A stretch of 64,000 nt of DNA from Azolla caroliniana (lineage: Eukaryota > Plantae > Polypodiophyta), in contig JBHGNT010000025.1 of assembly GCA_043228905.1 (NCBI GenBank), positions 248,001-312,000 of the forward strand, written 5' to 3'. Position 1 is the first letter of the stretch, and every line of letters starts with the position of its first letter. The notes under the pieces are model-generated. The model saw only the letters and a program-made list of their open reading frames with translations, was not told the DNA's origin and searched no databases. A program made the translations under genes and the position numbers. Shown in pieces: positions 1-11,769 of this stretch.

Positions 1-2086
1 GCTAGCTATTATATGGAACTAAAAAATCAAGATTTTGAAACTCAGGTCGAGAGATATGAAGAAATTAGCAATCTTGAGGAGGGAGTTGAGAGGAGCCCTT
101 GAGTACATTAAAATGTTCATACCTGGCACGTGTGATATCGGATTTTTGTGTTCAAACATGCGAATCGAAGCTAACAACACTAGCTATTCTATGGAACTAA
201 AAAATCAAGATTTTGAAACTCAGGTCGAGAGATATGAAGAAATTAGCAATCTTGAGGAGGGAGTTGAGAGGAGCCCTTGAGTAAATTAAAATGTTCATAC
301 CTGGCTCGTGTGATATCAGATTTTTGTGTTCAAACATGCGAATCGAAGCTAACAACGCTAGCTATGACATGTTATTAAAAAATCAAGATTTTGAAACTCA
401 GGTCGAGAAATATGAAGAAATTAGCAATCTTGAGGAGTGAGTTGAGAGGAGCACTTGAGTATATTAAAATGTTTATACCTGGCTCGTGTGATATCGGATT
501 TTTGTGTTCAAACATGCGAATCGAAGCTAACAATTCTAGCTATTATATGGAACTAAAAAATCAAGATTTTAAAACTCAGGTCGAGAGATATGAAGAAATT
601 AGCAATCTTGAGGAGGGAGTTGAGAGGAGCCCTTGAGTACATTAAAATGTTCATACCTGGCGCGTGTGATATCGGATTTTTGTGTTCAAACATGCGAATC
701 GAAGCTAACAACACTACCTATTCTATGGAACTAAAAAATCAAGATTTTGAAACTCAGGTCGAGAGATATGAAGAAATTAGCAATCTTGACGAGGGAGTTG
801 AGAGGAGCCCTTGAGTACATTAAAATGTTCATACCTGGCGCGTGTGATATCGGATTTTTGTGTTCAAACATGCGAATCGAAGCTAACAACGCTAGCTATT
901 ATATGGAACTAAAAAATCAAGATTTTGAAACTCAGGTCGAGAGATATGAAGAAATTAGCAATCTTGAGGAGGGAGTTGGGAGGAGCCCTTGAGTAAATTA
1001 AAATGTTCATACCTGGCTCGTGTGATATCGGATTTTTGTGTTCAAACATGCGAATCGAAGCTCACAACGCTAGCTATGATATGGTATTAAAAAATCATGA
1101 TTTTGAAATTGAGGTCGAGAGACATGAAGAAATTAGCAATCTTGAGGAGGAAGTTGAAAGGAGCCCTTCAGTAAATTAAAATGTTCATACCTGGCTCGTG
1201 TGATATCGGATTTTTGTGTTCAAACATGTGAATCGCAGCTAACAACGCTAGCTATTATATGGAACTAAAAAATCAAGATTTTGAAACTCAGGTCGAGAGA
1301 TATGAAGAAATTAGCAATCTTGAGGAGGGAGTTGAGAGGAGCCCTTGAGTACATTAAAATGTTCATACCTGGCGCGTGTGATATCGGATTTTTGTGTTCA
1401 AACATGCGAATCGAAGCTAACAATGCTAGCTATTATATGGAACTAAAAAATCAAGATTTTGAAACTCAGGTCGAGAGATATGAAGAAATTAGCAATCTTG
1501 AGGAGGGAGTTGAGAGGAGCCCTTGAGTACATTAAAATGTTCATACCTGGCGCGTGTAATATCGGATTTTTGTGTTCAAACATGCGAATCGAAGCTAACA
1601 ACGCTAGCTATGATATGGTATTAAAAAATCATGATTTTGAAATTGAGGTCGAGAGACATGAAGAAATTAGCAATCTTGAGGAGGGAGTTGAGAGGAGCCC
1701 TTGAGTACATTAAAATGTTCATACCTGGCGCGTGTGATATCGGATTTTTGTGTTCAAACATGCGAATCGAAGCTCACAACGCTAGCTATGATATGGTATT
1801 AAAAAATCATGATTTTGAAACTCAGGTCGAGAGACATGAAGAAATTAGCAATCTTGAGGAGGGAGTTGAGAGGAGCCCTTGAGTACATTAAAATGTTCAT
1901 ACCTGGCGCGTGTGATATCGGATTTTTGTGTTCAAACATGCGAATCGAAGCTCACAACGCTAGCTATGATATGGTATTAAAAAATCATGATTTTGAAATT
2001 GAGGTCGAGAGACATGAAGAAATTAGCAATCTTGAGGAGGGAGTTGAGAGGAGCCCTTGAGTACATTAAAATGTTCATACCTGGCG

Positions 2087-2152
2087 CGTGTGATATCGGA
2101 TTTTTGTGTTCAAACATGCCGTGTGATATCGGATTTTTGTGTTCAAACATGC
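2087..2152. repeat. 33-bp tandem duplication inside one monomer (211-bp monomer)
   Basis: CGTGTGATATCGGATTTTTGTGTTCAAACATGC occurs at 2087-2119 and 2120-2152. Confidence 0.97.
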
Positions 2153-2344
2153 GAATCGAAGCTAACAACGCTAGCTATGACATGGTATTAAAAAATCAAG
2201 ATTTTCAAAGTCAGGTCGAGAGACATGACGAAATTACCTAATTTGAGGAGTGAGTTGAGACGACCTAGTAGGTAAATTAAAATGTTCATACCTGGCTCGT
2301 GTGATATCGGATTTTTGTGTTCAAACATGCGAATCAAGCTAACA

Positions 2345-5300
2345 ATGCTAGCTATTATATGGAACTAAAAAATCAAGATTTTGAAACTCAGGTCGAGAGA
2401 TATGAAGAAATTAGCAATCTTGAGGAGGGAGTTGAGAGGAGCCCTTGAGTACATTAAAATGTTCATACCTTGCGCGTGTGATATCGGATTTTTGTGTTCA
2501 AACATGCGAATCGAAGCTAACAACACTAGCTATTCTATGGAACTAAAAAATCAAGATTTTGAAACTCAGGTCGAGAGATATGAAGAAATTAGCAATCTTG
2601 AGGAGGGAGTTGAGAGGAGCCCTTGAGTAAATTAAAATGTTCATACCTGGCTCGTGTGATATCGGATTTTTGTGTTCAAACATGCGAATCGAAGCTAACA
2701 ACGCTAGCTATGACATGGTATTAAAAAATCAAGATTTTGAAACTCAGGTCGAGAAATATGAAGAAATTAGCAATCTTGAGGAGTGAGTTGAGAGGAGCAC
2801 TTGAGTATATTAAAATGTTTATACCTGGCTCGTGTGATATCGGATTTTTGTGTTCAAACATGCGAATCGAAGCTAACAATTCTAGCTATTATATGGAACT
2901 AAAAAATCAAGATTTTAAAACTCAGGTCGAGAGATATGAAGAAATTAGCAATCTTGAGGAGGGAGTTGAGAGGAGCCCTTGAGTACATTAAAATGTTCAT
3001 ACCTGGCGCGTGTGATATCGGATTTTTGTGTTCAAACATGCGAATCGAAGCTAACAACACTAGCTATTCTATGGAACTAAAAAATCAAGATTTTGAAACT
3101 CAGGTCGAGAGATATGAAGAAATTAGCAATCTTGACGAGGGAGTTGAGAGGAGCCCTTGAGTACATTAAAATGTTCATACCTGGCGCGTGTGATATCGGA
3201 TTTTTGTGTTCAAACATGCGAATCGAAGCTAACAACGGTAGCTATTATATGGAACTCAAAAATCAAGATTTTGAAACTCAGGTCGAGAAATATGAAGAAA
3301 TTAGCAATCTTGAGGAGGGAGTTGAGAGGAGCCCTTGAGTAAATTAAAATGTTTATACCTGGCGCGTGTGATATCGGATTTTTGTGTTCAAACATGCGAA
3401 TCGAAGCTAACAACGCTAGCTATGACATGGTATTAAAAAATCAAGATTTCGAAACTCAGGTCGAGAGACATGACGAAATTACCTAATTTGAGGACTGAGT
3501 TGAGACGACCTAGTAGGTAAATTAAAATGTTCATACCTGGCTCGTGTCATATCGGATTTTTGTGTTCAAACATGCGAATCAAGCTAACAACGCTAGCTAT
3601 TATATGGAACTAAAAAATCAAGATTTTGAAACTCAGGTCGAGAAATATGAAGAAATTAGCAATCTTGAGGAGGGAGTTGAGAGGAGCACTTGAGTATATT
3701 AAAATGTTTATACCTGGCTCGTGTGATATCGGATTTTTGTGTTCAAACATGCGAATCGAAGCTAACAATGCTAGCTATTATATGGAACTAAAAAATCAAG
3801 ATTTTGAAACTCAGGTCGAGAGATATGAAGAAATTAGCAATCTTGAGGAGGGAGTTGAGAGGAGCCCTTGAGTACATTAAAATGTTCATACCTGGCGCGT
3901 GTGATATCGGATTTTTGTGTTCAAACATGCGAATCGAAGCTAACAATGCTAGCTATTATATGGAACTAAAAAATCAAGATTTTGAAACTCAGGTCGAGAG
4001 ATATGAAGAAATTAGCAATCTTGAGGAGGGAGTTGAGAGGAGCCCTTGAGTACATTAAAATGTTCATACCTGGCGCGTGTAATATCGGATTTTTGTGTTC
4101 AAACATGCGAATCGAAGCTAACAACGCTAGCTATGATATGGTATTAAAAAATCATGATTTTGAAATTGAGGTCGAGAGACATGAAGAAATTAGCAATCTT
4201 GAGGAGGGAGTTGAGAGGAGCCCTTGAGTACATTAAAATGTTCATACCTGGCGCGTGTGATATCGGATTTTTGTGTTCAAACATGCGAATCGAAGCTCAC
4301 AACGCTAGCTATGATATGGTATTAAAAAATCATGATTTTGAAACTCAGGTCGAGAGACATGAAGAAATTAGCAATCTTGAGGAGGGAGTTGAGAGGAGCC
4401 CTTGAGTACATTAAAATGTTCATACCTGGCGCGTGTGATATCGGATTTTTGTGTTCAAACATGCGAATCGAAGCTCACAACGCTAGCTATTATATGGAAC
4501 TAAAAAATCAAGATTTTGAAACTCAGGTCGAGAAATATGAAGAAATTAGCAATCTTGAGGAGTGAGTTGAGAGGAGCACTTGAGTATATTAAAATGTTTA
4601 TACCTGGCTCGTGTGATATCGGATTTTTGTGTTCAAACATGCGAATCGAAGCTAACAATTCTAGCTATTATATGGAACTAAAAAATCAAGATTTTGAAAC
4701 TCAGGTCGAGAGATATGAAGAAATTAGCAATCTTGAGGAGGGAGTTGAGAGGAGCCCTTGAGTACATTAAAATGTTCATACCTTGCGCGTGTGATATCGG
4801 ATTTTTGTGTTCAAACATGCGAATCGAAGCTAACAACACTAGCTATTCTATGGAACTAAAAAATCAAGATTTTGAAACTCAGGTCGAGAGATATGAAGAA
4901 ATTAGCAATCTTGAGGAGGGAGTTGAGAGGAGCCCTTGAGTAAATTAAAATGTTCATACCTGGCTCGTGTGATATCGGATTTTTGTGTTCAAACATGCGA
5001 ATCGAAGCTAACAACGCTAGCTATGACATGGTATTAAAAAATCAAGATTTTGAAACTCAGGTCGAGAAATATGAAGAAATTAGCAATCTTGAGGAGTGAG
5101 TTGAGAGGAGCACTTGAGTATATTAAAATGTTTATACCTGGCTCGTGTGATATCGGATTTTTGTGTTCAAACATGCGAATCGAAGCTAACAATTCTAGCT
5201 ATTATATGGAACTAAAAAATCAAGATTTTAAAACTCAGGTCGAGAGATATGAAGAAATTAGCAATCTTGAGGAGGGAGTTGAGAGGAGCCCTTGAGTACA

Positions 5301-8300
5301 TTAAAATGTTCATACCTGGCGCGTGTGATATCGGATTTTTGTGTTCAAACATGCGAATCGAAGCTAACAACACTAGCTATTCTATGGAACTAAAAAATCA
5401 AGATTTTGAAACTCAGGTCGAGAGATATGAAGAAATTAGCAATCTTGACGAGGGAGTTGAGAGGAGCCCTTGAGTACATTAAAATGTTCATACCTGGCGC
5501 GTGTGATATCGGATTTTTGTGTTCAAACATGCGAATCGAAGCTAACAACGGTAGCTATTATATGGAACTCAAAAATCAAGATTTTGAAACTCAGGTCGAG
5601 AAATATGAAGAAATTAGCAATCTTGAGGAGGGAGTTGAGAGGAGCCCTTGAGTAAATTAAAATGTTTATACCTGGCGCGTGTGATATCGGATTTTTGTGT
5701 TCAAACATGCGAATCGAAGCTAACAACGCTAGCTATGACATGGTATTAAAAAATCAAGATTTCGAAACTCAGGTCGAGAGACATGACGAAATTACCTAAT
5801 TTGAGGACTGAGTTGAGACGACCTAGTAGGTAAATTAAAATGTTCATACCTGGCTCGTGTCATATCGGATTTTTGTGTTCAAACATGCGAATCAAGCTAA
5901 CAACGCTAGCTATTATATGGAACTAAAAAATCAAGATTTTGAAACTCAGGTCGAGAAATATGAAGAAATTAGCAATCTTGAGGAGGGAGTTGAGAGGAGC
6001 ACTTGAGTATATTAAAATGTTTATACCTGGCTCGTGTGATATCGGATTTTTGTGTTCAAACATGCGAATCGAAGCTAACAATGCTAGCTATTATATGGAA
6101 CTAAAAAATCAAGATTTTGAAACTCAGGTCGAGAGATATGAAGAAATTAGCAATCTTGAGGAGGGAGTTGAGAGGAGCCCTTGAGTACATTAAAATGTTC
6201 ATACCTGGCGCGTGTGATATCGGATTTTTGTGTTCAAACATGCGAATCGAAGCTAACAATGCTAGCTATTATATGGAACTAAAAAATCAAGATTTTGAAA
6301 CTCAGGTCGAGAGATATGAAGAAATTAGCAATCTTGAGGAGGGAGTTGAGAGGAGCCCTTGAGTACATTAAAATGTTCATACCTGGCGCGTGTAATATCG
6401 GATTTTTGTGTTCAAACATGCGAATCGAAGCTAACAACGCTAGCTATGATATGGTATTAAAAAATCATGATTTTGAAATTGAGGTCGAGAGACATGAAGA
6501 AATTAGCAATCTTGAGGAGGGAGTTGAGAGGAGCCCTTGAGTACATTAAAATGTTCATACCTGGCGCGTGTGATATCGGATTTTTGTGTTCAAACATGCG
6601 AATCGAAGCTCACAACGCTAGCTATGATATGGTATTAAAAAATCATGATTTTGAAACTCAGGTCGAGAGACATGAAGAAATTAGCAATCTTGAGGAGGGA
6701 GTTGAGAGGAGCCCTTGAGTACATTAAAATGTTCATACCTGGCGCGTGTGATATCGGATTTTTGTGTTCAAACATGCGAATCGAAGCTCACAACGCTAGC
6801 TATTATATGGAACTAAAAAATCAAGATTTTGAAACTCAGGTCGAGAAATATGAAGAAATTAGCAATCTTGAGGAGTGAGTTGAGAGGAGCACTTGAGTAT
6901 ATTAAAATGTTTATACCTGGCTCGTGTGATATCGGATTTTTGTGTTCAAACATGCGAATCGAAGCTAACAATTCTAGCTATTATATGGAACTAAAAAATC
7001 AAGATTTTGAAACTCAGGTCGAGAGATATGAAGAAATTAGCAATCTTGAGGAGGGAGTTGAGAGGAGCCCTTGAGTACATTAAAATGTTCATACCTTGCG
7101 CGTGTGATATCGGATTTTTGTGTTCAAACATGCGAATCGAAGCTAACAACACTAGCTATTCTATGGAACTAAAAAATCAAGATTTTGAAACTCAGGTCGA
7201 GAGATATGAAGAAATTAGCAATCTTGAGGAGGGAGTTGAGAGGAGCCCTTGAGTAAATTAAAATGTTCATACCTGGCTCGTGTGATATCGGATTTTTGTG
7301 TTCAAACATGCGAATCGAAGCTAACAACGCTAGCTATGACATGGTATTAAAAAATCAAGATTTTGAAACTCAGGTCGAGAAATATGAAGAAATTAGCAAT
7401 CTTGAGGAGTGAGTTGAGAGGAGCACTTGAGTATATTAAAATGTTTATACCTGGCTCGTGTGATATCGGATTTTTGTGTTCAAACATGCGAATCGAAGCT
7501 AACAATTCTAGCTATTATATGGAACTAAAAAATCAAGATTTTAAAACTCAGGTCGAGAGATATGAAGAAATTAGCAATCTTGAGGAGGGAGTTGAGAGGA
7601 GCCCTTGAGTACATTAAAATGTTCATACCTGGCGCGTGTGATATCGGATTTTTGTGTTCAAACATGCGAATCGAAGCTAACAACACTAGCTATTCTATGG
7701 AACTAAAAAATCAAGATTTTGAAACTCAGGTCGAGAGATATGAAGAAATTAGCAATCTTGACGAGGGAGTTGAGAGGAGCCCTTGAGTACATTAAAATGT
7801 TCATACCTGGCGCGTGTGATATCGGATTTTTGTGTTCAAACATGCGAATCGAAGCTAACAACGGTAGCTATTATATGGAACTCAAAAATCAAGATTTTGA
7901 AACTCAGGTCGAGAAATATGAAGAAATTAGCAATCTTGAGGAGGGAGTTGAGAGGAGCCCTTGAGTAAATTAAAATGTTTATACCTGGCGCGTGTGATAT
8001 CGGATTTTTGTGTTCAAACATGCGAATCGAAGCTAACAACGCTAGCTATGACATGGTATTAAAAAATCAAGATTTCGAAACTCAGGTCGAGAGACATGAC
8101 GAAATTACCTAATTTGAGGACTGAGTTGAGACGACCTAGTAGGTAAATTAAAATGTTCATACCTGGCTCGTGTCATATCGGATTTTTGTGTTCAAACATG
8201 CGAATCAAGCTAACAACGCTAGCTATTATATGGAACTAAAAAATCAAGATTTTGAAACTCAGGTCGAGAAATATGAAGAAATTAGCAATCTTGAGGAGGG

Positions 8301-9320
8301 AGTTGAGAGGAGCACTTGAGTATATTAAAATGTTTATACCTGGCTCGTGTGATATCGGATTTTTGTGTTCAAACATGCGAATCGAAGCTAACAATGCTAG
8401 CTATTATATGGAACTAAAAAATCAAGATTTTGAAACTCAGGTCGAGAGATATGAAGAAATTAGCAATCTTGAGGAGGGAGTTGAGAGGAGCCCTTGAGTA
8501 CATTAAAATGTTCATACCTGGCGCGTGTGATATCGGATTTTTGTGTTCAAACATGCGAATCGAAGCTAACAATGCTAGCTATTATATGGAACTAAAAAAT
8601 CAAGATTTTGAAACTCAGGTCGAGAGATATGAAGAAATTAGCAATCTTGAGGAGGGAGTTGAGAGGAGCCCTTGAGTACATTAAAATGTTCATACCTGGC
8701 GCGTGTAATATCGGATTTTTGTGTTCAAACATGCGAATCGAAGCTAACAACGCTAGCTATGATATGGTATTAAAAAATCATGATTTTGAAATTGAGGTCG
8801 AGAGACATGAAGAAATTAGCAATCTTGAGGAGGGAGTTGAGAGGAGCCCTTGAGTACATTAAAATGTTCATACCTGGCGCGTGTGATATCGGATTTTTGT
8901 GTTCAAACATGCGAATCGAAGCTCACAACGCTAGCTATGATATGGTATTAAAAAATCATGATTTTGAAACTCAGGTCGAGAGACATGAAGAAATTAGCAA
9001 TCTTGAGGAGGGAGTTGAGAGGAGCCCTTGAGTACATTAAAATGTTCATACCTGGCGCGTGTGATATCGGATTTTTGTGTTCAAACATGCGAATCGAAGC
9101 TCACAACGCTAGCTATTATATGGAACTAAAAAATCAAGATTTTGAAACTCAGGTCGAGAAATATGAAGAAATTAGCAATCTTGAGGAGTGAGTTGAGAGG
9201 AGCACTTGAGTATATTAAAATGTTTATACCTGGCTCGTGTGATATCGGATTTTTGTGTTCAAACATGCGAATCGAAGCTAACAATTCTAGCTATTATATG
9301 GAACTAAAAAATCAAGATTT
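2345..9320. repeat. 13-mer higher-order repeat, 2313 bp, ~3 tandem copies
   Basis: Identical variant monomers at 2381/4694/7007 (CCTTGCGCG) and 3093/5406/7719; 2313 = 13x178-1. Confidence 0.93.
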
Positions 9321-11522
9321 TAAAACTCAGGTCGAGAGATATGAAGAAATTAGCAATCTTGAGGAGGGAGTTGAGAGGAGCCCTTGAGTACATTAAAATG
9401 TTCATACCTGGCGCGTGTGATATCGGATTTTTGTGTTCAAACATGCGAATCGAAGCTAACAACACTAGCTATTCTATGGAACTAAAAAATCAAGATTTTG
9501 AAACTCAGGTCGAGAGATATGAAGAAATTAGCAATCTTGACGAAGGAGTTGAGAGGAGCCCTTGAGTACATTAAAATGTTCATACCTGGCGCGTGTGATA
9601 TCGGATTTTTGTGTTCAAACATGCGAATCGAAGCTAACAACGGTAGCTATTATATGGAACTAAAAAATCAAGATTTTGAAACTCAGGTCGAGAAATATGA
9701 AGAAATTAGCAATCTTGAGGAGGGAGTTGAGAGGAGCCCTTGAGTAAATTAAAATGTTTATACCTGGCGCGTGTGATATCGGATTTTTGTGTTCAAACAT
9801 GCGAATCGAAGCTAACAACGCTAGCTATGACATGGTATTAAAAAATCAAGATTTCGAAACTCAGGTCGAGAGACATGACGAAATTACCTAATTTGAGGAC
9901 TGAGTTGAGACGACCTAGTAGGTAAATTAAAATGTTCATACCTAGCTCGTGTCATATCGGATTTTTGTGTTCAAACATGCGAATCAAGCTAACAACGCTA
10001 GCTATTATATGGAACTAAAAAATCAAGATTTTGAAACTCAGGTCGAGAAATATGAAGAAATTAGCAATCTTGAGGAGGGAGTTGAGAGGAGCACTTGAGT
10101 ATATTAAAATGTTTATACCTGGCTCGTGTGATATCGGATTTTTGTGTTCAAACATGCGAATCGAAGCTAACAATGCTAGCTATTATATGGAACTAAAAAA
10201 TCAAGATTTTGAAACTCAGGTCGAGAGATATGAAGAAATTAGCAATCTTGAGGAGGGAGTTGAGAGGAGCCCTTGAGTAAATTAAAATGTTCATACCTGG
10301 CTCGTGTGATATCGGATTTTTGTGTTCAAACATGCGAATCGAAGCTAACAACGCTAGCTATGACATGTTATTAAAAAATCAAGATTTTGAAACTCAGGTC
10401 GAGAAATATGAAGAAATTAGCAATCTTGAGGAGTGAGTTGAGAGGAGCACTTGAGTATATTAAAATGTTTATACCTGGCTCGTGTGATATCGGATTTTTG
10501 TGTTCAAACATGCGAATCGAAGCTAACAATTCTAGCTATTATATGGAACTAAAAAATCAAGATTTTAAAACTCAGGTCGAGAGATATGAAGAAATTAGCA
10601 ATCTTGAGGAGGGAGTTGAGAGGAGCCCTTGAGTACATTAAAATGTTCATACCTGGCGCGTGTGATATCGGATTTTTGTGTTCAAACATGCGAATCGAAG
10701 CTAACAACACTAGCTATTCTATGGAACTAAAAAATCAAGATTTTGAAACTCAGGTCGAGAGATATGAAGAAATTAGCAATCTTGACGAGGGAGTTGAGAG
10801 GAGCCCTTGAGTACATTAAAATGTTCATACCTGGCGCGTGTGATATCGGATTTTTGTGTTCAAACATGCGAATCGAAGCTAACAACGGTAGCTATTATAT
10901 GGAACTAAAAAATCAAGATTTTGAAACTCAGGTCGAGAAATATGAAGAAATTAGCAATCTTGAGGAGGGAGTTGAGAGGAGCCCTTGAGTAAATTAAAAT
11001 GTTTATACCTGGCGCGTGTGATATCGGATTTTTGTGTTCAAACATGCGAATCGAAGCTAACAACGCTAGCTATGACATGGTATTAAAAAATCAAGATTTC
11101 GAAACTCAGGTCGAGAGACATGACGAAATTACCTAATTTGAGGACTGAGTTGAGACGACCTAGTAGGTAAATTAAAATGTTCATACCTAGCTCGTGTCAT
11201 ATCGGATTTTTGTGTTCAAACATGCGAATCAAGCTAACAACGCTAGCTATTATATGGAACTAAAAAATCAAGATTTTGAAACTCAGGTCGAGAAATATGA
11301 AGAAATTAGCAATCTTGAGGAGGGAGTTGAGAGGAGCACTTGAGTATATTAAAATGTTTATACCTGGCTCGTGTGATATCGGATTTTTGTGTTCAAACAT
11401 GCGAATCGAAGCTAACAATGCTAGCTATTATATGGAACTAAAAAATCAAGATTTTGAAACTCAGGTCGAGAGATATGAAGAAATTAGCAATCTTGAGGAG
11501 GGAGTTGAGAGGAGCCCTTGAG
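9130..11522. repeat. 7-mer HOR, 1245 bp, ~2 copies
   Basis: Matching ORF variants 9142/10387, 9341/10586, 10031/11276; CCTAGCTCG variant in both copies; 1245 = 7x178-1. Confidence 0.88.
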
Positions 11523-11769
11523 TACATTAAAATGTTCATACCTGGCGCGTGTGATATCGGATTTTTGTGTTCAAACATGCGAATCGAAGCTAACAACGCT
11601 AGCTATGATATGGTATTAAAAAATCATGATTTTGAAATTGAGGTCGAGAGACATGAAGAAATTAGCAATCTTGAGGAGGAAGTTGAAAGGAGCCCTTCAG
11701 TAAATTAAAATGTTCATACCTGGCTCGTGTGATATCGGATTTTTGTGTTCAAACATGTGAATCGCAGCT

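Noticed and set aside
70-100. GAGGAGG Shine-Dalgarno-like / purine-rich G-tract in every monomer
   Set aside because: No credible downstream gene, and too few GGG runs for a canonical G-quadruplex; it is simply satellite sequence.
1-178. Identification as Arabidopsis CEN178, alpha satellite with a CENP-B box, or 5S rDNA/tRNA-derived repeat
   Set aside because: Only the length is similar. I see no TTCGNNNNANNCGGG box, no recognisable 5S or tRNA sequence, and no similarity I can recognise to CEN178. A database search is needed.
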